IMG/VR virus record: IMGVR_UViG_3300016263_000382
Coordinates: 1-27,982 of that record
DNA: 27,982 nt
Source: a virus
Taxonomy: Duplodnaviria; Caudoviricetes
Reading direction: 5' to 3' (one strand)
Position 1 is the first letter of the stretch, and the number at the start of each line of letters is the position of its first letter. Positions 27,221 to 27,982 of the stretch are shown here, piece by piece. The notes beneath the pieces were generated by a model, which saw only the letters and a program-made list of their open reading frames with translations, ran no database searches and was not told the DNA's origin. Position numbers and translations under genes: made by a program.

Positions 27221-27982
27221 TGTCAAAATCAATAGCAAATGTTGATATTAATGCTGATAACTTTGAAGGTTGGGTAACTAAAACAAACCAAGCCTTGCAT
27301 TTTATTTCAACAGAAGCAATTAATGCCAATACTACTACTGGTTCAACAACGGGAAACGCTCAATTAAACGGCATCTTCTCGGCTAATACTCTTGTAGCAA
27401 ATACAACACTTAGAGGCGGAAACGTCTCAATTGCTAATACACTATACATTTCTTCTAACGTTGTTTTTCAATCAGCAGCAAATACAACTGGTGCTGCTAA
27501 CTTCGCCAACAGTGTAGCAGTTACAGGCAATACAACTCTTGCTAACAGTTTGGCTGTTACTGGTAATGTAACTTTTTCTAATACAATCGCTGTAACTGGT
27601 AACGTAACCTTTGCTAATATAGTAACTGTTACTGGACTATCCACATTTAATGGTGGTATCAACACAACCACAGCTAATGCCTCGGTTGCTGTAAATATTG
27701 GCGCAAACGTAAATCTTTCTACCACACAATTGAACGTTGGCAACTCATCTGTAAATACAGTAATCACTTCAACTGCTATTGATACAGATGGAACTCTAGC
27801 AGTTCTCGGAGCAGCTACTCTTTCAAATACAATTGCCGTAACTGGTAATGCTACTTTCTCAAATACAATTGCTGTAACTGGTAATGCTACCTTCTCGAAT
27901 ACAATTGCTGTTACAGGAGCAACTACGCTTTCAAATACAATAACAGTTACAGGTAACGCCACATTCTCTAATGCAGTCGCAG
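27220..27982 (+). CDS. Tail fibre / adhesin-like protein, truncated by the window edge
   Basis: ATG at 27220 (TAATG overlap), open to the end: MSKSIANVDINADNFEGWVTKTNQ (DxFxxWxxKTN fibre-type N-terminus), then 12-aa SNTIAVTGNATF repeats. Not in the ORF track. Confidence 0.8.
   Translation, partial: MSKSIANVDINADNFEGWVTKTNQALHFISTEAINANTTTGSTTGNAQLNGIFSANTLVANTTLRGGNVSIANTLYISSNVVFQSAANTTGAANFANSVAVTGNTTLANSLAVTGNVTFSNTIAVTGNVTFANIVTVTGLSTFNGGINTTTANASVAVNIGANVNLSTTQLNVGNSSVNTVITSTAIDTDGTLAVLGAATLSNTIAVTGNATFSNTIAVTGNATFSNTIAVTGATTLSNTITVTGNATFSNAVA
27505..27982 (+). repeat. Two blocks of degenerate 36-bp (12-aa) tandem repeats
   Basis: Four units at 27505-27648 and more than four units from 27823 to the window edge; consensus [AS]NT[IL]AVTGN[AV]TF. 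Confidence 0.92.

Noticed and set aside
27468-27962. Minus-strand 164-aa repetitive ORF, and 36-bp repeats as a possible CRISPR array
   Set aside because: The ORF is the shadow of the plus-strand fibre gene; the repeats are contiguous, have no spacers and vary at codon positions.
1-27982. Stop-codon reassignment, introns, inteins, homing endonucleases, tRNAs, terminators or retroelement repeats
   Set aside because: Genes are intact in the standard code and tightly packed. I saw no HNH/GIY-YIG/LAGLIDADG or intein motifs, no cloverleaf, no hairpin-poly(U) in the short gaps and no adenine-specific repeat pair.

Overview
AT-rich, gene-dense structural module of a T4-like myovirus. The gene order resembles the cyanophage/alphaproteobacterial-phage type rather than T4 itself. 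Two operons diverge from a short spacer (5553-5608) that holds a perfect T4 late promoter, TATAAATA. Leftward (minus strand): gp4, gp2, gp54-like, gp26-like, a small gp51-C-like ORF, then a long tape-measure-like gene (<1..2744) that runs off the window and is missing from the ORF track. Rightward: gp48, gp53, gp27-like hub, a short gp5 without lysozyme, PAAR, gp25, gp6, gp7, gp8, a VrlC/DUF4815-like structural protein apparently split into three genes, a small conserved ORF and the start of a repetitive fibre gene. Best observations: (1) a U_UUU_UUU slippery heptamer at the end of the gp26-like gene joins it in the -1 frame to the gp51-like ORF just upstream of the tape measure gene, like the lambda G/GT chaperone frameshift; (2) a VgrG3-C-like muramidase domain sits inside the tape-measure-like protein while gp5 has none; (3) one ~65-aa module is inserted in four different baseplate genes; (4) gp7 has repeats nested inside other repeats; (5) N-x-S/T sequons look enriched in the exposed domains. 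Family assignments come from motifs recalled by eye and from gene order; no database search was run.
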